DNA of 64,000 nucleotides from Gemmatales bacterium (GTDB lineage: Bacteria; Planctomycetota; Planctomycetia; Gemmatales; HRBIN36). The position numbers and the translations under genes were made by a program. Positions within the stretch are counted from its first letter, which is position 1, and the number at the start of each line of letters is the position of its first letter. Below are positions 40,872-49,708 of the stretch, in pieces. The notes under the pieces were generated by a model. The model searched no databases, was not told the origin of the DNA, and saw only the letters and a list, made by a program, of their open reading frames with translations. The stretch spans positions 1,175,471 to 1,239,470 of the forward strand of contig JBEPZY010000001.1 in NCBI GenBank assembly GCA_041640595.1, read 5' to 3'.

Positions 40872-42141
40872 GACCGGTTCCTAAAACGGCAAGTTCTCCG
40901 CTGCGGTTGCGGTCATCCGAAGTAGTGGAGGTTTCGGAAGGTCTCAGAATCTGCCGGACTCGCTGCCACAAAATGTCCCCGCCTTCGATCCAGGCAAATT
41001 CGCAGACCAAAGCCCATAACGGTTTGCCCGCCAGCTCCCGCATGGGTAGTTTGACCAGGTCTTTGCGGGTTGTAACGGCGAAGCTGGCCTGCGGATAAGC
41101 GGAGGCCCAGTTCCGGAGTTGGTCAAGGATTTGCGAGTAATCGCAATGGTCGGGACAGAAACAACTGGCCACGATTTCCGCCCCCAATTGTCGCAAACCG
41201 GCCAGAAAAGCAGCAGGATTACCAAGGCCACAAAACGCCAGTATTTTCTCGCCTCGCAGTTGTTGCAATCCCGCAACGGTGCCTCCGGAGTTGACGAGAT
41301 GCGCCGGGGCGTGGCGGGCCAGTGTCATGACCGCCTGCGGAGCCGTCTGGGCGATTTGCCGCTGCAACTCACGACAACGCTTCTCACTCACCAGGTCGCA
41401 CCGAGTGAGCACAATCACGTCGGCTCGTCGCAACGCGCTACGCGGTTCACGGAGCATACCTCGGGGCAGAAGATGGCCCCACCCCCAGGGATTCGTGGCA
41501 TCCAGGAGAACAATGTCCAGGTCGCGGTGGAGCCTGCGGTGTTGAAAACCATCGTCCAGCAGCAATACCTGTGCACCGTCCGCAATAGCTTGCCTGGCCA
41601 GTTCGGCACGATTCCTCCCCTGCCGGAGCAGGATGCCCGGTAACTCAGCCAAAAGTTCCCGCCCTTCATCGTTGTAAGTTTGCTGCCAATGTGTTGCGGC
41701 GATTGCGTCTGAACCCGCATGCTCACACGGCAAACACCTTGTCGCCGCAGATGCCCTGTAACCCCGGCTCAAAATAGCCGCACGCAACCCCGTTTGAAGT
41801 AAACGCTTAGCCAGCCAGGCAACCAGAGGCGTCTTTCCCGTACCCCCTGCTGTCAGATTGCCAACACTGATAACCGGCACCGGTACGGTCAGCACCCGCG
41901 AGCGAAAGGTATCGTAAAACCGATTGCGCAGATGCACAGCAACGCCGTATCCCAGGCTGGCCAACCACAAGTTACCGCGAACCAAAGTTGCAGGCCAGGA
42001 CCTCTGCTCGGCGGAGATGGTTTTCCACCACCACGCCGCCAGACGTTCCTTGATAGAGCCGGCCAGCATAAGCGGATTCGGTTGGAGTTCCGGCAGCATA
42101 CACGGTTGAACCCAATTGGTTCCTACAAGCCCATACCACAA
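40861..42141 (-). CDS. lpxK: tetraacyldisaccharide 4'-kinase
   Basis: PVISVGNLTAGGTGKTPLVAWLA P-loop, then ILSRGY..LLDDGFQH..TTRKD. The annotated N-terminus may be too long. Confidence 0.85.
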   Translation of the reverse strand: MWYGLVGTNWVQPCMLPELQPNPLMLAGSIKERLAAWWWKTISAEQRSWPATLVRGNLWLASLGYGVAVHLRNRFYDTFRSRVLTVPVPVISVGNLTAGGTGKTPLVAWLAKRLLQTGLRAAILSRGYRASAATRCLPCEHAGSDAIAATHWQQTYNDEGRELLAELPGILLRQGRNRAELARQAIADGAQVLLLDDGFQHRRLHRDLDIVLLDATNPWGWGHLLPRGMLREPRSALRRADVIVLTRCDLVSEKRCRELQRQIAQTAPQAVMTLARHAPAHLVNSGGTVAGLQQLRGEKILAFCGLGNPAAFLAGLRQLGAEIVASCFCPDHCDYSQILDQLRNWASAYPQASFAVTTRKDLVKLPMRELAGKPLWALVCEFAWIEGGDILWQRVRQILRPSETSTTSDDRNRSGELAVLGTGHGT

Positions 42142-42178
42142 AAACAGGCTTCGTGCAATGCCAACCCGACCGGTGTGG

Positions 42179-42192
42179 TTAGGTTAGCCTAA
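42179..42192. promoter_or_regulatory. palindrome TTAGG-N4-CCTAA (copy 1)
   Basis: TTAGGTTAGCCTAA lies in the AT-rich lpxK / porin-like intergenic region. Confidence 0.25.
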
Positions 42193-42266
42193 TTATTCTG
42201 ATTAGCCAAGCCGAATGATAATTAGTGGTACCTAATGCTCATAGTTAGTGCCACCTAGCTAAGAAA

Positions 42267-42280
42267 TTAGGAAAACCTAA
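42267..42280. promoter_or_regulatory. palindrome TTAGG-N4-CCTAA (copy 2)
   Basis: TTAGGAAAACCTAA lies 21 nt upstream of the ATG at 42301. Confidence 0.25.
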
Positions 42281-42300
42281 CAATATTGCGGAAGGTCTCT

Positions 42301-43161
42301 ATGAACGCATACAGTCTAAACTTAGGCACGATGGCGCTATGGCTGGCATTTTCGGAAACAGTGTTAGCCCAGCTCCCGCCCAATACCGCGTCAGGCAACG
42401 GAATTGATAAACCTGCCTTCCGCCCTACCAGCGAAGCCACAGCCAACAGCCGATCAACTTCGATACGCCGACCAGGGCCTGACACTGCCGATCTACCTGA
42501 CAGCCCTTACGCTGTACCGCCAGGTGTCGTTTACGTTGAAACCGCACTAACCTATCAGCGGAGTAAGTCTCCCGCTGATCATGAGTATTTCACGGCCACA
42601 CTGGTTCGCGTCGGTCTTCTACAGAATTGGGAGCTACGGGTGGGCGGTCCGGGTTTGATCGTTCGGGATGGTTTGCCAGACTCCACTACCGGATTTGGCC
42701 CGATTACCATCGGTGCGAAGTGGCACTGGTGGGAGGAAATCGAGGACAGGGGAACTCCTGCGGCCGGACTGATTTTCCAGGTAACCACCCCAACCGGTTC
42801 CGATGCTTTTCGGCCTGAAATTGCCGAACCGGCTGGCTTCCTCTCTTTTTGCCATCCACTGCCCTGGGAAATGGAATTTGAATGGAACGTTGGTCTTGCT
42901 CTGACCAGGGGCCAATGCGAGCGGACTCAGCTTGAGGGTTGGCTATTGTGGGCTTTGAGCAGGCAAGTTACTCCGAATTTGAACGTATTTATGCACGGCT
43001 ACATAGTTACGCCGGGCCTCGTCAGCGAGACCGAAATCGTTTTGGGGCCTGGTCTGATCTGGTTTATCAGCGAACGAATGGCATTGGATACCAGCTCGGT
43101 TTTCGGCGTTACCGACGATGCTCCTACCATCGCACGCGTGGGATTGAATCTGGCCTTTTAG
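42301..43161 (+). CDS. outer-membrane beta-barrel protein (MetA-pathway/'transporter' family-like)
   Basis: Signal peptide MNAYSLNLGTMALWLAFSETVLAQ. Alternating beta-strand pattern with YVETALTYQR..LVRVGLLQNWELRVGG and a terminal aromatic residue (..LNLAF). Confidence 0.6.
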   Translation: MNAYSLNLGTMALWLAFSETVLAQLPPNTASGNGIDKPAFRPTSEATANSRSTSIRRPGPDTADLPDSPYAVPPGVVYVETALTYQRSKSPADHEYFTATLVRVGLLQNWELRVGGPGLIVRDGLPDSTTGFGPITIGAKWHWWEEIEDRGTPAAGLIFQVTTPTGSDAFRPEIAEPAGFLSFCHPLPWEMEFEWNVGLALTRGQCERTQLEGWLLWALSRQVTPNLNVFMHGYIVTPGLVSETEIVLGPGLIWFISERMALDTSSVFGVTDDAPTIARVGLNLAF

Positions 43162-43379
43162 CATCGGACGTCGAATTTCCCCCTGTCAGGTGTGCCAGTG
43201 GTGATTCGTTTCGGAGGCCAGCCACATTCTCGTCGGCTTCCTCGAGGTTTAACCTACGCGAGGATGTGCCAGGGGGCTTCGTTTCACAAGCCAGCCAAAT
43301 GACCGACGTGTGATATTTCGCTACCTTATACCGTAACTTCCTGCCCACCAAAAGTCCCTGCCCAACGGAGTCAGCAACC

Positions 43380-45794
43380 ATGAAACAATGTCTGCTGGGG
43401 AACACGTGGTTACTGGTGATTCTGGTCGGAGCGGCGATGATCGGTTCAGCCCAGGGAGACCGTGTCAAACCGCCCGACCGCATGGTGCAAGAATTACTGC
43501 AACTTTCGCCCGACGTGTATCCGACGCAGTCAGATGAGGCAAAGCGTTTACGGCAAGCGTGGCCGGAATTGTTGCGTGATGGCTTACGGCAGGCGAATCG
43601 TCGCAGTACCCAACAATGGCAAGGCTTGCAAAGTCGGGCCGATTGGGAGCAATTCCGTCGGGAAAAACTGGCAAAGCTTCGCCAGGCCCTTGCCATTCCC
43701 GAAGCTCCACCACCTGCGCCACGGGTAATGGTGACCGGACGCATCCGCGGCGAAGGTTACCGCATCGAAAACTTGCTCTACGAAAGCCGGCCTGGTCTGT
43801 GGGTCAGTGCGAATCTCTATTTGCCCGAACCGGTCCAGGCAAAGCCAGCCGGGTTGATCCTGGTGCACAGCCATCACACTCCGAAATGGCATACTGAATT
43901 GCAGGACATGGGCATCCTGTGGGCGAAAGCGGGATCGGCTGTGCTGGTGCCGGACTTGCTCGGTCACGGTGAGCGGCGGACCCATCCTTTCGTAGATGCC
44001 AAAAGTTTCCCCGAACCATTCCGGGTGGGTCGGCAGGATTATTACTTCCGCTACAACACGGCAGCGCAGTTGTACCTGCTGGGAGAAACGTTGATGGGCT
44101 GGATGGTGTGGGATTTGCGATGCGGTGTGGAGGTGTTGCTCAAGCATGCTCAGGCGGATCCAAAGCGGATCGGCATTTTGGGCTCTGTGGCCGGTGGAGG
44201 CGATGTGGCTGCTGTAACCGCCGCCGTCGAGGAACGCATCTCCGCTGCGGTGGTCTTCAACTTCGGCGGACCGGAACCGGAAGACCCGTTCCCACTACCA
44301 GACGATGCCGAGGTCTCTTTCAACTACGCAGGTAGTGGCTCCTGGGAATCCACGCGCAACCTGATCCATTCGGCCCGTGATGGATTTTTGCCGTGGGTCA
44401 TCGTGGGAGCGATCGCCCCGCGACGGCTCTGCTATGCTCATGAGTTCAGTTGGGACCGCGAGCGCGATCCAGTATGGAGACGCCTGCAGCGCATTTGGGC
44501 ATGGTATGAGGTGCCGGAGCATTTGCGCTACGCTCACGGTCGCGGTCAACTAAGCGGAAAGCCCCCGGAAAGCACTCACTGCACCCATATCGGCGAATTT
44601 CACCGTCGCTCCGGAGTTTACCAGGCACTCCAGGCATGGTTTGGTTTGCCAATTCCGCAACACGAAAACACGACGCATTATTCCATCACCGAACTGACCT
44701 GCTGGACAGAAGAAGCACGCAGGCAGCTCCGTCCATTGCCCTGGCCCGAATGGCTTTCGCGCTGGTATGAACAACAAAAGGCGAGTATCAAAACTACTTC
44801 CGTTGGCCCGACGGCAAACGAAGTATGGGCTGGCTGGGTCAAACGAAACGCCGATCGGCAAAAGGAGCCCGCCCGCCCTGCTCTGGTTCGCCAGCAAGCG
44901 TTCCAGGGAGGTCGTGCACAGTGGTGGCTGGTATCCAATCTGGACGGCATGCCAATCCCTGTTATGTTGCTCCTCGCTGATACTGGGGGTAAACAAAAAC
45001 CGGGCGTGGTCGCCGTCTGTTCGCAGGGCAAGGCAAGGTTTTTGCGTGAACACGCCGGAGCGGTGGCGCAATTGCTCGCCTCCGGTGTGGATGTCTGCCT
45101 GGTGGATGTGCGCGGCGTTGGCGAGACGGCAACGGAGAGCGTTCCCAGTCGCACGGGTGCAGGCACGTCGCATGCCGCTACCGCACTTATGCTCGGCCAG
45201 AGTATCGTCGAACTTCGTCTGCTGGATCTGCTGGCCGTTGTAGGCGACGAACAATCGCCCAGGGCCGATAATGCCCCCAAGCGGCGGATAGCGGTGTGGG
45301 GAACGGATGAAGGTCCGGTCAATGGGCCGGCAATTATGACCGAAGTGCCCTGGGATGCGAGTCGGTTGCCGGCTTTCGCCGACCCGACCGGTCCTCATTT
45401 AGCCTTACGTTTGGCAGCGCTGGATAAAGCGGTGGTAGCTGTCTATGCTGCCGGTGAACTGGCGAGTTATCGTTCCGCCCTGGCCTCCCCATTCTTGTTT
45501 CTGCCGCTGGCTGCTATCGAGCCGGGTATGCTCGATCCGAAACGGGGTCGCGGCGACCCAGCCGACTTATTGCCTAGCCTTGCTCCACGGCCAGTACGGC
45601 TGGAAGCGCTTCGGGATGCCCGGAATCGTTTGCTCAACGATGCTTCCGTGCAATCCTGGCTCGCAGACTTACACGCCACACTTCGCCAGTACGGACACCG
45701 CCAACCGGAAACGTGGCTCCAGGCCAGCAGCCAGCGCAGTTCTGACACCGACATCGCCCTCTGGCTCCTCCGCCACCTTCACCGCAATCACTGA
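43380..45794 (+). CDS. secreted 804-aa protein with an N-terminal alpha/beta-hydrolase-like region
   Basis: Signal peptide MKQCLLGNTWLLVILVGAAMIGSAQG. LILVHSHH..VLVPDLLGHGER..RIGILGSVAGGGD resembles dienelactone-hydrolase/Abhydrolase_7 proteins, but a canonical GxSxG motif is not evident. Confidence 0.55.
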   Translation: MKQCLLGNTWLLVILVGAAMIGSAQGDRVKPPDRMVQELLQLSPDVYPTQSDEAKRLRQAWPELLRDGLRQANRRSTQQWQGLQSRADWEQFRREKLAKLRQALAIPEAPPPAPRVMVTGRIRGEGYRIENLLYESRPGLWVSANLYLPEPVQAKPAGLILVHSHHTPKWHTELQDMGILWAKAGSAVLVPDLLGHGERRTHPFVDAKSFPEPFRVGRQDYYFRYNTAAQLYLLGETLMGWMVWDLRCGVEVLLKHAQADPKRIGILGSVAGGGDVAAVTAAVEERISAAVVFNFGGPEPEDPFPLPDDAEVSFNYAGSGSWESTRNLIHSARDGFLPWVIVGAIAPRRLCYAHEFSWDRERDPVWRRLQRIWAWYEVPEHLRYAHGRGQLSGKPPESTHCTHIGEFHRRSGVYQALQAWFGLPIPQHENTTHYSITELTCWTEEARRQLRPLPWPEWLSRWYEQQKASIKTTSVGPTANEVWAGWVKRNADRQKEPARPALVRQQAFQGGRAQWWLVSNLDGMPIPVMLLLADTGGKQKPGVVAVCSQGKARFLREHAGAVAQLLASGVDVCLVDVRGVGETATESVPSRTGAGTSHAATALMLGQSIVELRLLDLLAVVGDEQSPRADNAPKRRIAVWGTDEGPVNGPAIMTEVPWDASRLPAFADPTGPHLALRLAALDKAVVAVYAAGELASYRSALASPFLFLPLAAIEPGMLDPKRGRGDPADLLPSLAPRPVRLEALRDARNRLLNDASVQSWLADLHATLRQYGHRQPETWLQASSQRSSDTDIALWLLRHLHRNH

Positions 45795-45988
45795 ACCTCT
45801 AACCGTAACCCTGCCGGGCGAAATTGCGTTCGGTACTTGATCCGCGATCAAGCAACGGCAAGAGGAATAATCGCTAGGATGATTGCAAACCGGAATGGTT
45901 CGACTGAATGAACCGCACATCGCTATCCAAGCCGGCTCTACCGAAGAATATCCAGTGCGGATAAGCCAAGTTTGGGAAGGAAGTGGGC

Positions 45989-46441
45989 ATGCTTACGCGG
46001 CAGGAATTCGATGTCATTCTCGCGGACACCACCAAGCGCATCCTGGGAGATATTGATTGGCGAGAAGATGCAGACCATTCTCCGGCCCGCGAATTTCGCA
46101 TCGAGGTTAGCTCGGATAACGGATGGCCCATTTTCATCGTCGGCCGTTGGAATCCCTATGCCGGGACGTTGAGCTACGTTCTCATCCATCGCGGTGCCGG
46201 ACGCATCTACGGACTGGACCTGGGCGCTGATCATCACAATCCTACTTGCGAGCGGGTCGGCGAGAAACATAAGCACGCATGGACTGAAGAATTTCGCGAT
46301 AAGCAGGCTTACGTGCCCAGCGACATCACAGCGTCTTGGGACCAGCCCGTGGAGGTGTGGCGTCAGTTTTGCCGTCAGGCCAACATCACGCACCAGGGTC
46401 AAATGCATCCTCCCTCGGTGCAAGGGGAACTAATCCCATGA
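45989..46441 (+). CDS. hypothetical protein (150 aa) with a His-rich DHHNP..GEKHKHAW motif
   Basis: GGAAGG Shine-Dalgarno and good third-position C/G bias. Its stop overlaps the next gene's start (ATGA at 46438-46441). No domain recognised. Confidence 0.6.
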   Translation: MLTRQEFDVILADTTKRILGDIDWREDADHSPAREFRIEVSSDNGWPIFIVGRWNPYAGTLSYVLIHRGAGRIYGLDLGADHHNPTCERVGEKHKHAWTEEFRDKQAYVPSDITASWDQPVEVWRQFCRQANITHQGQMHPPSVQGELIP

Positions 46442-47214
46442 CTTGCGAAGAACTGCGTGCGCAATTGCACGCATCCGGACATCTGCTATTTGAATGCAGT
46501 CCGGCCCCACGGGAAGGGATCAGAGTCCGGACATTTTTGCTTTATCCGGACGGAGGCATCATTGATGTTTTCGTCGTGGAGCGGGATGGACAGTTAGAGG
46601 TGACCGATTTCGGCGAAGCTTTGGGCTGGCTTCGCCTGCAATCTCCGAGAGGACATCTTTCCCCCAAGCAAAAGCGTCTGATTGCTGACGTATGTCTTAC
46701 CCTGGGCGTGGAATGTTTTCGTGGCCAGCTGGTGTGCCGAGTCAAAAATAATGACGTCTCCGCGGCAGTTCTGAAGGTGGCTCAAGCAGTGCTGCGCGTG
46801 ACCGATTTGTGGTTCACCATGCGCACGCGAGTAATTGAAAATGTCGCAGACGAAGTGGCGGACTGGCTCAGCGAGAAAGGCATTGCCTTTGAACGTGGTG
46901 CCACACACGTCGGTCGTTCGGGACGTGTCTGGACCGTGGACTACCAGACGCACTTGCCTCAACGTACCTCGCTTGTTTTCCTGCTCGCTACAGGTTCGCG
47001 TGCGGCAGCCCGTCGAGTCACCGAACATGTGCTGGCCGGGTTATACGACCTCAGCCACCTCAAGGTAGTGCAGCCCCAGCTTGCGTTCGTCTCACTTTTC
47101 GACGACACCGAGGACGTCTGGCAGGAAGAGGATTTTCGACTCGTCCAGGATTTGTCCGTGGTGGCACGATGGTCGCGGCCGGACGAGTTCGAAAAGATAC
47201 TGCGGGCCGCATGA
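46438..47214 (+). CDS. hypothetical protein (258 aa), possibly DUF1828/DUF1829-like
   Basis: Translationally coupled to the upstream gene. The N-terminal C..L....G..FE......I.V......PDGG.I.V.V.E..G...VTD.G pattern recalls DUF1828. This rests on recollection only. Confidence 0.6.
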   Translation: MTCEELRAQLHASGHLLFECSPAPREGIRVRTFLLYPDGGIIDVFVVERDGQLEVTDFGEALGWLRLQSPRGHLSPKQKRLIADVCLTLGVECFRGQLVCRVKNNDVSAAVLKVAQAVLRVTDLWFTMRTRVIENVADEVADWLSEKGIAFERGATHVGRSGRVWTVDYQTHLPQRTSLVFLLATGSRAAARRVTEHVLAGLYDLSHLKVVQPQLAFVSLFDDTEDVWQEEDFRLVQDLSVVARWSRPDEFEKILRAA

Positions 47215-47620
47215 ATTGCAAACACCGCCGGCTCATTGCCAGGCAACCACCGCTCCGACCCCACAAGCAGCTCTCGGCGACACGCGAACATGAGGCTGAT
47301 TTCTGGCACAGCCGTTCAGGGGCCATATACCCCTACTTACACCACCAGCGTCAGAAAAACAGAACCAGGGTGGAATCCCGCTGGCAGCACGCCACACGTT
47401 ATCGGTGACACGCAGCTATTGTCCCTGTTCACGCTTAGTTACGGGCTTTGTTCACGATAATTTCTTTGGCAAGCCAACGAATAAACACGAGGAGCAAAGT
47501 CAAGGGCAAAACCAGCAGTGCGTTCCGAATATATTTCCTAGCTAGCCCACGGCCAGGCTTCTTTTTTCGGTGCTCAGGCGAACATCCGGAACCGAGTCGG
47601 CAAGGTGGACACCAGGCGAC

Positions 47621-48508
47621 ATGGACACCACGCTGTTAGCCGACAACACCGTCGGCAAAATCTATTTCGCGGATAACCTGGAGGTGCTCAGGACGTTTCC
47701 GGACGAATCGGTGGATTTGATCTACATCGATCCGCCGTTCAACACCGGGAAGGTACAGGAACGCATCTCCATCAAAGCGGTGAGGTCGGAAGAAGGTGAC
47801 CGGGTCGGCTTTCAGGGACGTCGCTACCAAAGCGTCGTCATCGGGAGAAAGCGTTTCGCGGATATGTTCGACGACTACCTGGGCTTCCTGGAACCGCGTC
47901 TGGTCGAAGCCTACCGCATTCTCGCGCCCCACGGATCGCTGTATTTCCATGTGGATTACCGTGAGGTGCACTATTGCAAGGTGCTGCTCGACTGCATATT
48001 TGGCCGACAGTGTTTCCTGAACGAAATCATCTGGGCCTATGACTACGGTGGGCGTCCTAAAGACAGATGGCCGGCTAAACACGACAACATTCTGCTTTAC
48101 GTGAAAAGTCCTGGTCAGCACGTGTTCAATGCAGATGCGATCGAACGCATACCGTATATGGCCCCAGGATTGGTAGGTGCGGAGAAAGCAGCCCGCGGAA
48201 AACTACCGACCGATGTCTGGTGGCACACCATCGTTCCGACCAATAGCGCTGAAAAAACGGGATACCCGACCCAGAAGCCCCTGGGCATCCTTCGCCGCAT
48301 CATTCAGGCCTCTTCTCGACCGGGTGCCGTTGTGCTCGACTTTTTTGCCGGCAGCGGAACGACCGGGATGGCTGCCCTCGAACTGGGCCGCCGCTTTATT
48401 CTCGTGGACAACAACCCCGAAGCCCTGGCAGTGATGGCTCGCCGCTTCGACGGCATCAAAGGAATCACATGGTCCGGCTTCGACCCTGCTGCATCGCGGA
48501 GAATTTGA
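47621..48508 (+). CDS. beta-class N6-adenine/N4-cytosine DNA methyltransferase (N6_N4_Mtase family)
   Basis: Motif IV IDPPFNTG precedes motif I VLDFFAGSGTTGMAA, which is the beta-class order. Also YPTQKPLGILRRII. The start is taken at the ATG at 47621. Confidence 0.9.
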   Translation: MDTTLLADNTVGKIYFADNLEVLRTFPDESVDLIYIDPPFNTGKVQERISIKAVRSEEGDRVGFQGRRYQSVVIGRKRFADMFDDYLGFLEPRLVEAYRILAPHGSLYFHVDYREVHYCKVLLDCIFGRQCFLNEIIWAYDYGGRPKDRWPAKHDNILLYVKSPGQHVFNADAIERIPYMAPGLVGAEKAARGKLPTDVWWHTIVPTNSAEKTGYPTQKPLGILRRIIQASSRPGAVVLDFFAGSGTTGMAALELGRRFILVDNNPEALAVMARRFDGIKGITWSGFDPAASRRI

Positions 48509-48720
48509 ATCCGCAATTTCGATCAAAGGAATCGACTGGTTCGGTTTCGACCCGCTAGCGATTGCGACAGCGTTTCAATCCCACCGATCGAAGGAACCGC
48601 ATGGTCCGGCTTCACCCGCAATGGTCGTTTTGAACGAATCCGTTACCGCGGCACCTAAGGAATATGCTTCGGCTTCGACCGAACCTTTACCGGAAACACG
48701 TCTGGCAGCGGCAAGCGGCG
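48455..48720. repeat. about four diverged tandem units of 63-67 bp, starting inside the methyltransferase 3' end
   Basis: AAGGAAT..GGYTTCGACC cores occur at 48459, 48526, 48591 and 48657 (3 x 66 = 198). Inter-core segments share TTTSAATCC. Confidence 0.75.
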
Positions 48721-48945
48721 GTGCAGTTCTACGGCGACGAGGCGATGAAGCTGCTCCGCGACGCGGTGGCTAAGGGATTCAAGGATGCCGCTCGCATGAA
48801 GAAGGACAGCGCCTTCGACGTGATCTGATTGGAAACAGTCACGGCAACGTCCAGCGCCCGCATGCAAAAGGACAGCGACCTCGACCCGCTGCGGCAACGT
48901 TCCGACTTCCAGCAATTGCTGCAGGAGTTGCTCGGCCCCCGGTGA
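48683..48945 (+). pseudogene. C-terminal fragment of a TPR/kinase-associated protein, with an internal 66-bp duplication
   Basis: ..QFYGDEAMKLLRDAVAKGFKDAARMKKDSAFDVI* is followed by MQKDSDLDPLRQRSDFQQLLQELL*. CGCATGMARAAGGACAGCG occurs at 48793 and 48859. Confidence 0.5.
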
Positions 48946-49406
48946 ATCGGTCAATAACCAGTTTCCCCTGGAAAAGTGCGATGACCGCCCAATGGTGGAC
49001 CACGACGGCCCGAGTCCGCAAGCAGCGGACTGGTGGCCACGTGTCACATGGATTTTTGGCAGGTCGGTTGGCAAATTGGGACACGCCACAACGCCTTCTG
49101 CAACACACGTGAAGGGGAGCGTTATTGTGGCCAGAAGAAAGTCGGTGCCGGAGAGGTTTTCGACAAGAATGGCGGCATCGCCCCTCGCAGTCGGGAACAA
49201 TAGCGGCATGGCCTGCCACAATGGGGGCCGATATTGGTCCCGCAATCAGGATCGCTGCCGAAGCCCCATCGGAGCCTGGTGCTGGCTTGCTAATTCAATC
49301 CAGCCGTCGCTCGATTAGCACCGTCGAGGAATTATTGGACCTTGGTGCGGGCAGCCGGTCGCGGCTCGTCCTCGCAAGCGCAGCAAGCCCCAAAACGCCT
49401 CGTGCA

Positions 49407-49503
49407 CGGTTTACTGGCGAGCAGTTTGTACCTACCCCTACATCGGTTTCAAACTCTGGTTCTGATCCCGCTCGGTTTACTGGCGAGCAGTTTATGCCTA
49501 CCC
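49407..49503. repeat. 66-bp-period duplication (31-nt core + 35-nt filler)
   Basis: CGGTTTACTGGCGAGCAGTTTRTRCCTACCC occurs at 49407 and 49473. Confidence 0.85.
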
Positions 49504-49657
49504 GCACCGCCGTCTGATGGATCCCCAGAAAGCTGAAGAGGTGACGCAGGCCTTCTTTGCGAAGCTGCTGGCCAGGAAATACCTCCACGCACTCACGCCA
49601 ACACGGGGACAATTCCGAGCATTTCTGCTGACCGCTTGCCGGCGTTTCCTGCAATAA
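49408..49657 (+). pseudogene. fragment of an ECF-like sigma-70 factor (region 2), disrupted
   Basis: The frame reads ..VYWRAVYAYPHRRLMDPQKAEEVTQAFFAKLLARKYLHALTPTRGQFRAFLLTACRRFLQ*, truncated after about 46 aa. The upstream duplicate copy reads VYWRAVCTYPYIGFKLWF*. Confidence 0.5.
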
Positions 49658-49708
49658 GCGCTGGAGCCGGGCCGCCCTACAGAAGCGCGACGACGTGCGG
49701 GGCGGCGG

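Noticed and set aside
45938-46423. 161-aa minus-strand ORF opposite gene A
   Set aside because: The plus-strand gene has better codon bias and composition, a Shine-Dalgarno, and an ATGA coupling to the next gene.
48655-49245. 196-aa minus-strand ORF in the debris field
   Set aside because: Its composition is implausible. The plus strand carries recognisable TPR-tail fragments across the same bases.
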